Assembly (NCBI GenBank): GCA_039589315.1
Contig: JBDHHQ010000027.1
Location: 32,001-96,000 of the forward strand
Direction of reading: 5' to 3'
Length of the DNA stretch: 64,000 bases
DNA from: Gemmatimonadota bacterium
Lineage (GTDB): Bacteria > Gemmatimonadota > Gemmatimonadetes > Longimicrobiales > Gaopeijiaceae
How positions within the stretch are numbered: the stretch's first letter is position 1; every line of letters begins with the position of its first letter. Under the pieces are notes generated by a model, which made no database searches, was not told where the DNA came from, and worked only from the letters and a program-made list of their open reading frames with translations. Shown here in pieces: positions 19,785-29,691 of the stretch. The translations under genes were made by a program, and so were the position numbers.

Positions 19785-21167
19785 CTACCGCTCCACGATC
19801 GCCACTCCGTAGGGATCGTTGCCGACGCCGGTGACGGTGGCGACCACGCTGCGTGACCGAAGGTCGATCACGTACAGGTAGCCGATCTCCTGCGAGAGGG
19901 GCCTGGCAGAGGGTCCGCCGCTGATCACCGCGTACCTCCCGTCGGGCGTGACCGCCGAGCCCTTCGGGCGCGCGGTCCGTCCATCCGCCCGGACGAGCGG
20001 AATGCGCGCGAGCTCCGCGTCGGGCTCACCGGCGAGCGCCGCCTCGAGGTCTACGATCGAGACGTTGTTCGCGCGCACGTTCGGAACGATCACGTGCCGT
20101 CCGTCGGGCGTGACGGTGGCGATCAGCGGATGGGTCTGCTCGGCCGGATCGTCGGTGCCGACGAGGACGCGGGCGACCTCGGCGGCATCGGCACCGGCGG
20201 CCGCCCGGTCGACATCGATGACCGAGAGCGTGTTTCCGGCCGACCCGTCCCGCTGGCTTCCCCCGTTGCTCACGATGATGTGGCGCCCGTCGGGCGTGGC
20301 CGTGATTCCCCACGGGCCGAGCTGGGTCGGGACGCGAGCGATCTCCGCGCTGGGATCGCCTCGCAGCGCACGGGCGACGTCGATGACCGATACGTCATTC
20401 GTTCCGCCGTTGGCGGAGAAGAGATAGGGGTTACCGCTCCCGTCACGACCCAGCGCCAGCCCGTTCGGGTCCGGGAAGCAGCCCCAGCCGGGATCCGGGG
20501 AGAGTACCGACAGATCCCGGGGTGGCCCGTACGGCGGGACGTACGGTACAGGGTAGTCGGGACAGTCGAAGCCGGGGGAGCCGAGGGCCAGCTCCACGGT
20601 GGCGCGCAGGCTGCCGGTCCGTCGGTCGACGAAGGTGATGCGATTGCCGCCGTCTTCGGTCAGGTGGTTCTCGGCGTTGGCGATGGCGAGCAGCTCGGGC
20701 AGGAGCACGATGCCGAGGGCTCCGAAGCCCCCTGAATCCAAATGGCGCCGAAGCGCGTTGGCGGTCCGGTCATTCCGCGGATCGAGCAGGTCGCCCATGT
20801 CGAGGACCGCGATCGCGCCGCGGCCGCCGTGCTGACCGAACTCCGCGTTGTCGATGGCGCCATGGTGATTCACCACGTAGACCGTGCGGCCGTCCTCGCT
20901 CACGACCAGGTTGGCCGGGTCGCCCAGCAGCTGCCCGTCCATCCGGTCCAGCGCCACCTTGCTGCGGCCGACGATCGCGTTCGGCGTGTGGTCGTTGGCC
21001 GGATCGAGCGCGGCCTCGAACGAGATGGCGTACAGGTAGGGGAGTCGCCGCCCCGCCACGAGGACGTGACGACTCTGGCCCACCGCCTCCTGTGCCGAGA
21101 AGGCCGCCGAGAGCACGGCCGCCGCGGCGAGCGTCAGACGTCCGAGCCACGACTGCGGGGAAGCCAT
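19785..21167 (-). CDS. YncE/YVTN beta-propeller secreted protein
   Basis: Signal peptide; repeated TPDGR, NDVSVID and VGNDPYGVAI. Confidence 0.85.
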   Translation of the reverse strand: MASPQSWLGRLTLAAAAVLSAAFSAQEAVGQSRHVLVAGRRLPYLYAISFEAALDPANDHTPNAIVGRSKVALDRMDGQLLGDPANLVVSEDGRTVYVVNHHGAIDNAEFGQHGGRGAIAVLDMGDLLDPRNDRTANALRRHLDSGGFGALGIVLLPELLAIANAENHLTEDGGNRITFVDRRTGSLRATVELALGSPGFDCPDYPVPYVPPYGPPRDLSVLSPDPGWGCFPDPNGLALGRDGSGNPYLFSANGGTNDVSVIDVARALRGDPSAEIARVPTQLGPWGITATPDGRHIIVSNGGSQRDGSAGNTLSVIDVDRAAAGADAAEVARVLVGTDDPAEQTHPLIATVTPDGRHVIVPNVRANNVSIVDLEAALAGEPDAELARIPLVRADGRTARPKGSAVTPDGRYAVISGGPSARPLSQEIGYLYVIDLRSRSVVATVTGVGNDPYGVAIVER

Positions 21168-21245
21168 CGGATCACTCCTTCGAGGGGATGGGCGCTAGGG
21201 CAAGTCAGAGCGGACTCAGGTGGTGTAGCCGATCCGGTGCCCGGA

Positions 21246-21330
21246 AGCCAGATACAACCAAACGCAACCAAACGCAGAAGACCTGTGGAAACTCCAAGAC
21301 CGGCGTCCGAAAGCCGACGGTACCCACCCC
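21246..21330 (+). repeat. att-like element copy 5 (degenerate)
   Basis: AGCCAGATACAACCAAACGCAACCAAACGCAGAAGACCTG..CCGGCGTCCGAAAG..CCCACCCC. Confidence 0.75.
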
Positions 21331-21364
21331 GCGTTGCTCGGCCCGTTGACCAACGACGCAGTCC

Positions 21365-23944
21365 TCAAATCCACGCAGCCGGAAACACCTCATTGTAGCG
21401 CTGGATCGCGTCGGCGGTGCCGCAGATGTAGACGCTGTCGTCCGAGGTGAGCCGGAAGGAAGCGGGGAAGGACATGATCACGTCGCCGTCCCGCTCGACC
21501 GCTACGACCGTGCAGCCCGTGCGCTCCCGGATCCGCTCGGACAGCGGGTGCTTGCCGACCAGGCGGCCCGCTTCCACCCGGGTCAGCTTGATGCGGGGCT
21601 GTAGCGAGACGGTCTCGTCCAAGACGTGGTGGGCGAGGAGCTGGCCCGCGACCTGGCTCACCGACACGGCGAAGTCTGCGCCCGCACGTTGGATCTGGGC
21701 GACGTTGTCCGGCACCGCGGCGCCGGCAATGATCGGCAGGTCGGGTGAATGCTGGCGCAGGACCGTCGCCGCCACGACGGTCGCGCCGACCGTCTCCAGT
21801 GCCAAGATCGCGACGCGCGCCTCGGCAAGGGGAATCTGAGCGAGCACCTCCGGATCGGACAGGTCGCCGACTACATCGACGTTCGGCCCCTCTTGTGCGT
21901 CCACCACGCACAGGTGCTCGTCCACGGCCGACAGGATCTCCACGAGCTTCTGACCTAGCTCACCCGTCCCGATCACGACGATCACGCCCTCGTCCCTGAT
22001 CGGTCGGGCCATCTCGTTGAGACGCTCGATGCTCTCCGGCGTGCCGGCCGCGACGAGGATCGTGCCCGCTGCGATGGTCTCGCCGGGCCCCGGGGGCAGG
22101 TGGAGCTGACCCTCGCGCCACCGCCCGACGACGTTGGCACCGGTGCGCGTGCGCAGCTCGACCTCGGCGAGGGACCTGTCGGCCAGGGGGCTTCCGTCGT
22201 GTACACGCAGCTCCGCCACTTCGAGCTGACGACTGAGTGGCCGGAAGCCCGTGACCCGGGGACTGATCCTCGCGCTGGCGCGGGAGCTCAAGACCGCCGC
22301 CAGGACGTGGTACGGTGCGAACGTCACGTTCGCGCCCGCCGAGCGCAGTGGGGAGCGGAGGCGGGGGTCCGTGATCATCGCGACGATCGGCCCCTCGAAG
22401 CCGGCCTCACGTGCCCCCAGCGTCACCAGGACGTTGCTGTCGTCGTTGCCGTTGAGGACCAGAGCACGGGCGTGGGCAAGCGGAGCCAGGTCGACTTCCT
22501 GCTCGGAGAGCCGCGCGTGGACGACGTGATGTCCGCGCTCATATAGGCGACGCGCGACCGCCTCGTCCTCCTCGATCAGCAGGTACCGCATGCCCCGGCG
22601 CTCCAGCTCTTCCAGGAGCGAATCGACCGCCGGCCCGTGGCCATACAGAACGACCGCGTCGCTGACCTTCGGCAGCGTGAAGGGACCTCGCGCCTCTTGT
22701 AGCCCGCTGGGCAGGCCGTCCTCGCCGAACTTGTTGGGGAGGAGAACTCCCACGCGCGCGCCGGCTTCCAGAGGCGTCGCTCGACCCTCGAGCAGTATCG
22801 CGCAGCCCTTCAGGCCAAGTGGCGTGAACAGGTTGAGGAGGAAGGCCGTGAAGATGAGGACGGAGAAGACGGCGGGCTCGATCGAGCCCTGGGCGAGCGC
22901 CAAAGAAGCGAGGATGAACGCCAGCTCGGCGCGTCCACACATGCCCACGCCCACGGTCAGAGCCTCGAACCCGGGCAGCCCCATGCGAAGCGCCATGCTC
23001 CCCGCGCTCACGATCTGACCCACGATCACGGCCGTGGTCAGGATCAAGAGGAAGGCGACGCCGGACCCGCTGATGTCGAACGTGATCGAGAAGCCGAGCG
23101 AGATGAAGAAGATGGGCCCCAGGAACGAGTACGCGATTCCGTACGAGCGATCCGCAACCACCCTCACGAGATTCGGGTGCGCCACCTTCTCTTCGAAGAA
23201 CAGGCCGGCCATGTAGGCGCCCAGGATCACGTGCAGCCCGATCGCCTCGGCGAAGAGGCCCGCCGCCAAGGCGACCAGAAGCACGAAGGTGAATCCCTTT
23301 CCACCCTCTGAGCGGAAGGGCAGGGTCAGGCTCGGATACACATAGCGGCCGAGCACGAACGCGAGGCCGAAGAACATCGTCACCTTGAGCAGGGTGACCA
23401 CGATGTTGAGCGGCTCGAAGGAGCCGCCCGAGAGCACGCCCACGATCAGCCCGAAGAAGACCAGCGTCAGCAGGTCGTCGATCACGCAGGACGCCACGAC
23501 CACTCTGGCCACGCGCGTGTCGGCCAGCCCGAGATCTTTGAGCGTCTTGAGGGTGATCACCACGGCCGTTGCCGTCATGGTCAGGCCCACGAACGTTGCG
23601 CCGACCGGGTCGAGGCCGAACGCGGTGGCGACACCGAAGCTGACGCTGAACGGCACGATCGCACCAACCACCGCCACGCCGAGCGAGCGCTTCAGCGCGT
23701 CGAAGAACTCTCCGGGCTGCGTCTCCACGCCGGCGTGGAACATCAGGAAGAAGATCCCGATCTCGGCCAGGAGCGTCACCGCCTCGGAGGGCTCGATCCA
23801 ACCGAGCACGGCCGGGCCCACCAACACGCCGACGATGAGCTCGCCCATGATCGTGGGTAGCCCGAGCGGCCGGAGAGTGACCGCGACGATCCAGATGCCG
23901 GCCAGGAGGATCAGCAGGTCGACGGCGATTTCGTGCATGGGCAC
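21365..23944 (-). CDS. CPA2 cation:proton antiporter with tandem TrkA-N/TrkA-C (RCK) domains
   Basis: GELIVGVLVGP, VIDD and PIFF in the TM domain; Rossmann-like YGHG and IGTGELG, each followed by a TrkA-C-like segment. Confidence 0.88.
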   Translation of the reverse strand: MPMHEIAVDLLILLAGIWIVAVTLRPLGLPTIMGELIVGVLVGPAVLGWIEPSEAVTLLAEIGIFFLMFHAGVETQPGEFFDALKRSLGVAVVGAIVPFSVSFGVATAFGLDPVGATFVGLTMTATAVVITLKTLKDLGLADTRVARVVVASCVIDDLLTLVFFGLIVGVLSGGSFEPLNIVVTLLKVTMFFGLAFVLGRYVYPSLTLPFRSEGGKGFTFVLLVALAAGLFAEAIGLHVILGAYMAGLFFEEKVAHPNLVRVVADRSYGIAYSFLGPIFFISLGFSITFDISGSGVAFLLILTTAVIVGQIVSAGSMALRMGLPGFEALTVGVGMCGRAELAFILASLALAQGSIEPAVFSVLIFTAFLLNLFTPLGLKGCAILLEGRATPLEAGARVGVLLPNKFGEDGLPSGLQEARGPFTLPKVSDAVVLYGHGPAVDSLLEELERRGMRYLLIEEDEAVARRLYERGHHVVHARLSEQEVDLAPLAHARALVLNGNDDSNVLVTLGAREAGFEGPIVAMITDPRLRSPLRSAGANVTFAPYHVLAAVLSSRASARISPRVTGFRPLSRQLEVAELRVHDGSPLADRSLAEVELRTRTGANVVGRWREGQLHLPPGPGETIAAGTILVAAGTPESIERLNEMARPIRDEGVIVVIGTGELGQKLVEILSAVDEHLCVVDAQEGPNVDVVGDLSDPEVLAQIPLAEARVAILALETVGATVVAATVLRQHSPDLPIIAGAAVPDNVAQIQRAGADFAVSVSQVAGQLLAHHVLDETVSLQPRIKLTRVEAGRLVGKHPLSERIRERTGCTVVAVERDGDVIMSFPASFRLTSDDSVYICGTADAIQRYNEVFPAAWI

Positions 23945-24022
23945 AACCTAGCTTGGGCCAGGCCGGAGATCGATCGGCGGCCGCCGACTTTCGGGCGCCT
24001 GCGAGCGTGAGAGGGTCCGGGC

Positions 24023-26056
24023 CTACACGTCCATCGTCTTCGAGTAGTCCGCCCCTACGACGCCCTTCCTGCACGCGGCGCCCGCCAGGAACTCGGCGGC
24101 CATCCTGGCCTGGACACCGAGGGCTTCGTCCAGTGGCACACCGCCGGCTGCGTGCACGCAGTCCATGATGGCCGCACGGGCGACCTCCATGGCCGGGCTG
24201 TCCGCTTCGGGCAGGTCGGCGACGTCACTGGGGATATCCGAGAGCGGGCCTTCCTCGAGGGGGCGGCGCGCGAGCCTCTGCCCTCCGTTCGAGGCAACGC
24301 TCCACGCCATCTGGATCGCCTCCTGCAGGGGCGCTGCGTCATCGATGAGCCAACCCACCGCCTGGGTGGCCCTGACCGGCGAGCCGGTGAGGAGCAGTCT
24401 CAGCACCTTCGGCCAATCGTCCTGCGCGGCCTTGCGGAGCGCCCAATGGCACCCCTCCATCCCGGGAACCACGGGCAGCGTGACCTCGGGGAAGCCGAAG
24501 CGGGTGTCGTCTGCCGCCACGACGTAATGGCAGTGGAGGAGCAGCTCCAGCATGCCCCCGAGGCAGCGTTTCCCGTTCACCAACGCCACCGACACCCGGA
24601 AGTCGTCGTTCAAGCGGCGGGCGGTGCGTGACCACCCGTTCGTGATGGCCAGACCGGCCTCGACGTCCTCCAGCGCCTCGATGCCCTCGGCTTTCAGCCA
24701 GTCCAAGGCGCGGTTGAGCTCGGCGTCCACGTCCCAGTTGTAGCTCTCACGGCCGAGCGTCAAGACGCTCACATCACCGTCGTGCTCCGCGTTGACGTAA
24801 AGCTGCATCCAATCCACGCTGTCCATGGTCCCCATGGCATCAGGGGTCCAGGCGGCCTCCGCCGCGGCCGGATGGAGCGCGTGGTAGGCCTCGACGGTGG
24901 CTACGACCCCGTCCGGACCCCTCTCGCGCATCATGGCCAGGATGCCTCGCCGGAACTGCGCGCACAGCTCGCCGATCGCGTTCATGTGCGCCAGGTGCCC
25001 ACGTTCCTGGTCGAGCATGAGGCTCGTCATCTGGAAGAGGGGGCCGAGGATCCACGCCTCGAACTCTTCCCACTCGTCCTCACTGAGCCTCCAATCGACC
25101 AGCGGACGGAAGTGGTTCGGCGGATACCAGTCCTGTCCAGTGTCCTTCCGCTCTACCAGGTCCGGCGTCGGCGTGAACAGCTCGCCGTGCATTCCGGCGA
25201 GGTGGTGTAGGCAGGACCAGGTCAGGAAGTCGGCTCCCTTGGCGCCGATGGCGTCGTGGGCCCGGAAGGGGTTCGGTCCCACCAGCTTCCGTATGAGCTT
25301 GTCGATCTTCCAGTAGGGCATGTTGCTGGCTCGGTGATACCGGAGGCCTGCCAGCGTCACGCCGCAGAACAGCACGTCGAGGATGAACGACCAGTTGTCG
25401 CTGACGGGGAGGGGAATGAGCCCCAGCGACCACAGGAGCTTGGTGATGTCGGACGGCTCCTCCTCCACGATCTCCCAGATCTTGTTGATCTCGTGGGGGA
25501 ACGCGGGGTGCGCGATCCCGACGCCCAACTCCGAGCTGGGGAAGCCCGACGTCACCGACCGGATCTCGATGTCGGGGAAGCGCGCCCGGAAGATCTCGTA
25601 GTGGGCCTTCTTGACTTCCAGGATCTCCGGAATCGCCTCCAGAAGGAAGCGCGGACGGAGGGCATCCAGCTCCGACGGAAGCGTCCGGCCGTCATACGTC
25701 AAGCGCACGATGTTGGCCATGATCCGGTCCGCGCCGTCCTTGCCGAAGGCGCGAACGAGTCCGGAATACTGGCGGCCGATGCCGTCCGGCGCTCCGGGGA
25801 AGTCCAGCGCCACGATGGGGACGCCGTACTCCGCCAGCCGGGACCCGAGCTGCATGGTCTTGCCCGCGCCTACGATGCCGTTGGCCCCGGAGATGACCAG
25901 GCAGCCCCTGGAGCCCTCGGGCCCGAAGACGCGATCTACGAGGGTGCCGGCATCGACCGGAAACGCCCCGTTCTTGAAGATGTCCAGGACGCTGCCCAGG
26001 CCCATCGTGTCGAGGGTGGGGCGCCTCAGGGACTTCACTGCCGTCGCGATTGCCAT
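24023..26056 (-). CDS. 3-hydroxyacyl-CoA dehydrogenase-like / enoyl-CoA hydratase fusion
   Basis: N-terminal GANGIVG and EAIPEILEVKK; C-terminal CLGGMLE and FGFPEVTLPVVPG crotonase motifs. Confidence 0.8.
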   Translation of the reverse strand: MAIATAVKSLRRPTLDTMGLGSVLDIFKNGAFPVDAGTLVDRVFGPEGSRGCLVISGANGIVGAGKTMQLGSRLAEYGVPIVALDFPGAPDGIGRQYSGLVRAFGKDGADRIMANIVRLTYDGRTLPSELDALRPRFLLEAIPEILEVKKAHYEIFRARFPDIEIRSVTSGFPSSELGVGIAHPAFPHEINKIWEIVEEEPSDITKLLWSLGLIPLPVSDNWSFILDVLFCGVTLAGLRYHRASNMPYWKIDKLIRKLVGPNPFRAHDAIGAKGADFLTWSCLHHLAGMHGELFTPTPDLVERKDTGQDWYPPNHFRPLVDWRLSEDEWEEFEAWILGPLFQMTSLMLDQERGHLAHMNAIGELCAQFRRGILAMMRERGPDGVVATVEAYHALHPAAAEAAWTPDAMGTMDSVDWMQLYVNAEHDGDVSVLTLGRESYNWDVDAELNRALDWLKAEGIEALEDVEAGLAITNGWSRTARRLNDDFRVSVALVNGKRCLGGMLELLLHCHYVVAADDTRFGFPEVTLPVVPGMEGCHWALRKAAQDDWPKVLRLLLTGSPVRATQAVGWLIDDAAPLQEAIQMAWSVASNGGQRLARRPLEEGPLSDIPSDVADLPEADSPAMEVARAAIMDCVHAAGGVPLDEALGVQARMAAEFLAGAACRKGVVGADYSKTMDV

Positions 26057-26070
26057 GTATCAGAGACTCT

Positions 26071-27270
26071 CTACGTGACCTGGAACAGGGCTGCGATACC
26101 GATGTCACCGGCGGCACACCCGAAGATGAGCACATAGCCGCCGCCCAGATCGACGGCTTCTTCCAGGGCCTCGATGAGGCTCCGGGTGAGGGTCGGGCCC
26201 TGCGGGTGACCCCACACCAGCGAGCAGCCGGTGTTGTTCATCTTCCGCCAGTCATATCCGGTCTGCTTGGCGAACACGACGTCGTTCACGGCGAAGGGAT
26301 TGTGGTTCTTCACCACCGCGACGTCGTCCAAAGACATGCCCAGACGGCTCATCAGCTTTTTCACGGCGAGGCCGGGCGCCTCGGGCATGAAGCTCGGCTC
26401 CGCGCGTGTCTCGGCTTTGCCCACGAAGCGGATGTCGATCTCGGGCCGGGGGCTGAGCTCCCTCGCCTTCTCGGCGGTGGTCACCAGCAGCGTCGCCATG
26501 CCGTCCGAGGCATGGGTCTGGGTACCGCTGGTGACGCAGGTGTCGAGCTCGCGTTGGGCGGCGAGGGACGCTCGGCTGATCTGCCGCACGCCCTTGTCTT
26601 CGTCGATGCGGCCCAGAGGCCGGCCCTGCACGTTGAGGATGTCCAGCGGGACCACCACTCGGTCCAGGAATCCCGAGTCCTTGGCCTCGAAGTACTGCTG
26701 GTACCGGAGGTAAGCCACGTCGTCGGTCTCCGTGCGATCGGCCCCGAACTTCCGGGCGGTCATGCCAGCCGCGGTGATCATCGCCCTACCGGTGGCCGGG
26801 TCGAAGCCGAAGTTGTCCCACACGTCGGCGATGGCCTGGGTGCGCTCGTGGGCACGGCGCTCCGGAAAGACGCCCACCGGCGAGTCGCTGGTCCGATCGA
26901 AAGTGAGCACCCCCACCACGTCGTTGGCGCCGGAGTGGACCTCCGCACCGGCCACCAGCGTGGCCTGGAGTCCCGTAGCGCACGCCTGCTCGACGTGGAA
27001 TCCCGGGATCCGGTGCCCCATGCAGCTCGCCACGAGCGGCGCCGTCCAGAACTTCCAGTGCCACGGGATCGTGGAGCCCAGGACGAGGTACTCCAACTCG
27101 CTCAGGGGGACCGACCGAAGGCCCATGATTCGGGCCATGGACTCACCGGCGAACTGACCGATGTTCACTTCGGCCAGCACCGAAGTCTGCCAGGCTGGGA
27201 AGTAGCTGGTTCCCCACGTCCCGTACGGGATGCGGGCATCGGGGAAGAGGCTACGGTCGCGCGTGTTCAT
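26071..27270 (-). CDS. Thiolase-family protein
   Basis: EQACATG, ASDG, GHPQG, GCAAG; ATG at 27270 (MNTRDR). Confidence 0.88.
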   Translation of the reverse strand: MNTRDRSLFPDARIPYGTWGTSYFPAWQTSVLAEVNIGQFAGESMARIMGLRSVPLSELEYLVLGSTIPWHWKFWTAPLVASCMGHRIPGFHVEQACATGLQATLVAGAEVHSGANDVVGVLTFDRTSDSPVGVFPERRAHERTQAIADVWDNFGFDPATGRAMITAAGMTARKFGADRTETDDVAYLRYQQYFEAKDSGFLDRVVVPLDILNVQGRPLGRIDEDKGVRQISRASLAAQRELDTCVTSGTQTHASDGMATLLVTTAEKARELSPRPEIDIRFVGKAETRAEPSFMPEAPGLAVKKLMSRLGMSLDDVAVVKNHNPFAVNDVVFAKQTGYDWRKMNNTGCSLVWGHPQGPTLTRSLIEALEEAVDLGGGYVLIFGCAAGDIGIAALFQVT

Positions 27271-27564
27271 ACGTGGAGAGGCTCTCTCGCTCGTGGAACC
27301 CGGGGGCGGGAAACGCGCCGCGACGGGAGGATGAATGAAAGCTATCTCAGGCGTAGCGGCCAGCAAGACCCGTGGGCGTCCACCGAGTACGCGCAGGGGC
27401 GGCTGGAGCCCGGCGTCTGGGAGCTCGTCCATGCGGCCCCCTGTCTTCGAACCTTGAGGCAGCCCTGCTGGCTCAGACGTCGGGTCCGATTACTGGTCGC
27501 GCACACAGAATCGTGAGAGGTTGGGCCGATTCGAGCATCGCGGCAGAATGAAGAACCGCAGAAC

Positions 27565-27642
27565 CGCGACCAGACGCAGAAGACCTGAGGGAACTTGAAA
27601 GCCGGCGTCCGAAAGGTCACGTGGGTTCGAATCCCACCCCCT
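27565..27642 (+). repeat. att-like element copy 6: tRNA-Ser 3' half WITHOUT the T-loop insert
   Basis: CAGACGCAGAAGACCTG..CTTGAAAGCCGGCGTCCGAAAGGTCACGTGGGTTCGAATCCCACCCCCT. Confidence 0.88.
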
Positions 27643-28028
27643 AGGCATGCCATTCAAGACAACGATTCCCGGGGGATGGCCGGGTGATCGTGGACATGGT
27701 CCTCGGTACCCTTGCCAACGGATCTCCCGCCGCTCAGCCATATCCTAGCTTTGGTACGTCATCACCTCGCAGCTCCTCCGCTCCGGGGGTCGTCAACCGT
27801 GGGGGGGTAGGGCCGACATCGTAGCAATGCGGACCTCGTGATCCCGTTGGGTCCTTCGGACGAGGAATGATCCGTGGATCTTCGGACCCGGCGTCGGGTA
27901 GTGTCTCTTCCAGGTTGACAATGCCTCAAGAGAACCTGGACCGTCCCCCACCGACTACGTCGTGTCCTTCCGAGCGACGTTCCGGTGCCCGCCGGGGTCG
28001 GACACATCCACTGAAACGCCCGGATCAC

Positions 28029-28385
28029 GTGAGCCCGATCTCCACAGGCAAGCCCCGACCCGACGAGACGACCTGGGACGTGGACGAGGTGTCCGTCCTG
28101 GCCCGGGCGTTGACCGATCCCACCCGGTTGCGAGTCCTGGGTATGCTGGCGGGAGGCGAGCGATGCGTGCGTCAGCTCACCGAGGCGCTGTCCGTCGCGC
28201 AATCCCGTCTCTCGTATCACCTGCAGATCCTGAAGGACCTCGGAGTCATCGCGGACCAGCCGGAAGGGCGCTGCGTCTACTACGCCCTGGTCCCGGAAGC
28301 TCTTTCCCCGCTCAGCGACATGATCGGACGCGTCGCGCACCGATGGGACAACGTCGGGCAGAATCGGCCGCCTGGAAGGTGCTGA
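28029..28385 (+). CDS. ArsR/SmtB-family regulator (start uncertain)
   Basis: ALTDPTRLRVL, ERCV, QSRLSYHLQILK, GRCVYY. Confidence 0.88.
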   Translation: MSPISTGKPRPDETTWDVDEVSVLARALTDPTRLRVLGMLAGGERCVRQLTEALSVAQSRLSYHLQILKDLGVIADQPEGRCVYYALVPEALSPLSDMIGRVAHRWDNVGQNRPPGRC

Positions 28386-28650
28386 GTCCGCGCATGGGGC
28401 TACACCCTTCACCTATCTCACGCCCCGTACCCGACCCGCTCCACTGAGCCACCCACTCGGCTGATCCGCCGAACCGATCCCGGCAATGTCTCGCGTCAGC
28501 CTGCCAGGGCCACACCCCGAGATGGGGGACACCGTGCCATTGTCGGTGGGCCCGACGCCCGATCCCCCGATCCCTTGTTCCTTAGGGTCGATCCCTACAC
28601 GCCAACGCGGAGACTCCCCGACAGACGTCCCGCGGCACTCCCGACGGCCG

Positions 28651-28672
28651 CCTATCAAGACAACTTGATAGG
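28651..28672. promoter_or_regulatory. Putative ArsR/SmtB operator
   Basis: Perfect inverted repeat CCTATCAAG-ACAA-CTTGATAGG (ATCAA-N6-TTGAT) about 55 bp before the operon. Confidence 0.7.
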
Positions 28673-28726
28673 TTAGGCATAACCGTTTCCTGACATTCAC
28701 CCGCTCGGAGTCAGGGGGACGAGGAC

Positions 28727-29680
28727 ATGGCCACAAGGGATGGCCCCGCACCTGCACCCGTGGTGCCTCAGCAGGCCAATAACCCGCAGGAAGAGGCTCT
28801 TCGATCTGATCGGAGGGCCTTTCTCACGAAGGCGCTCGCCGCCGCCGGCGGATCGGTGGCGCTCACGGCGGGGCTCACGTCCGCGACCGGCGCCATTCCT
28901 CGCTCGCAGGCTGCCACCGTGCTGGAGCGCGTAGGCGCCCGTCCGGACGGCAACATTCTGGAACGCATGCTGGACGACCTGGACCGGGCCCTGGCGAAGC
29001 CCATCCACGAGCGCCAGTGGGTCATGGTCATCGACCTCCAGAAGTGCATCGGGTGCAAAGCGTGCACGGTTTCTTGCGTCGCCGAGAACAACCTGCCGCC
29101 AGGCGTGGTTTACCGACCGGTCCTGGAGGAAGAGATCGGGGAGTTCCCCAACGTGCGGATGCGCTTCACTCCACGGCCCTGCATGCAGTGCGAAACCCCG
29201 CCCTGCGTCCCGGTTTGCCCCGTGTCGGCAACGTACATCCGTCCAGACGGCATCGTGGCCATCGACTACGACGCCTGCATCGGCTGCCGGTATTGTGTGG
29301 CCGCCTGCCCCTACAACGCCCGCACCGCCGACTTCGGGGAGTTCTACGGCGACGGCCTCGCCGAGGAGGTTCCGGCACTGGCCGGCGCCATCGCGATGGC
29401 GTATGAAACGCGGCCCAACTTCGAGTACGGTCGCGAGTGGGCGCGCGAGCCGGGCCGTCACCGTTCTCCGATGGGCAACGCCCGAAAGTGCCAGTTCTGT
29501 GCCCACCGACTGGACAACGGGCTGCTCCCGGCGTGCGTCACCACTTGCCTCGGGGGCGCCACCTACTTCGGTGATTATTCCGACAGCAGGAGCCTGGTGC
29601 ATGAGCTCGTGGGCTCCTCCCGGATGATCCGCCTCCGGGAAGAGCTCGGCACCGAGCCCCGTGTCTTCTACCTCGTGTAG
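28727..29680 (+). CDS. 4Fe-4S electron-transfer subunit (TtrB/NrfC/DmsB-like), Tat-type signal
   Basis: [43 protein letters not shown]. Confidence 0.92.
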   Translation: MATRDGPAPAPVVPQQANNPQEEALRSDRRAFLTKALAAAGGSVALTAGLTSATGAIPRSQAATVLERVGARPDGNILERMLDDLDRALAKPIHERQWVMVIDLQKCIGCKACTVSCVAENNLPPGVVYRPVLEEEIGEFPNVRMRFTPRPCMQCETPPCVPVCPVSATYIRPDGIVAIDYDACIGCRYCVAACPYNARTADFGEFYGDGLAEEVPALAGAIAMAYETRPNFEYGREWAREPGRHRSPMGNARKCQFCAHRLDNGLLPACVTTCLGGATYFGDYSDSRSLVHELVGSSRMIRLREELGTEPRVFYLV

Positions 29681-29691
29681 CGGAGGAAACC

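Noticed and set aside
27594..27642. Intact tRNA-Ser or tRNA-Sec gene
   Set aside because: No 5' acceptor strand or D arm upstream in any copy. The anticodon reads TGA (Ser), not TCA (Sec).
28651..28672. FNR box
   Set aside because: The half-sites are in the opposite arrangement (ATCAA-N6-TTGAT, not TTGAT-N4-ATCAA).
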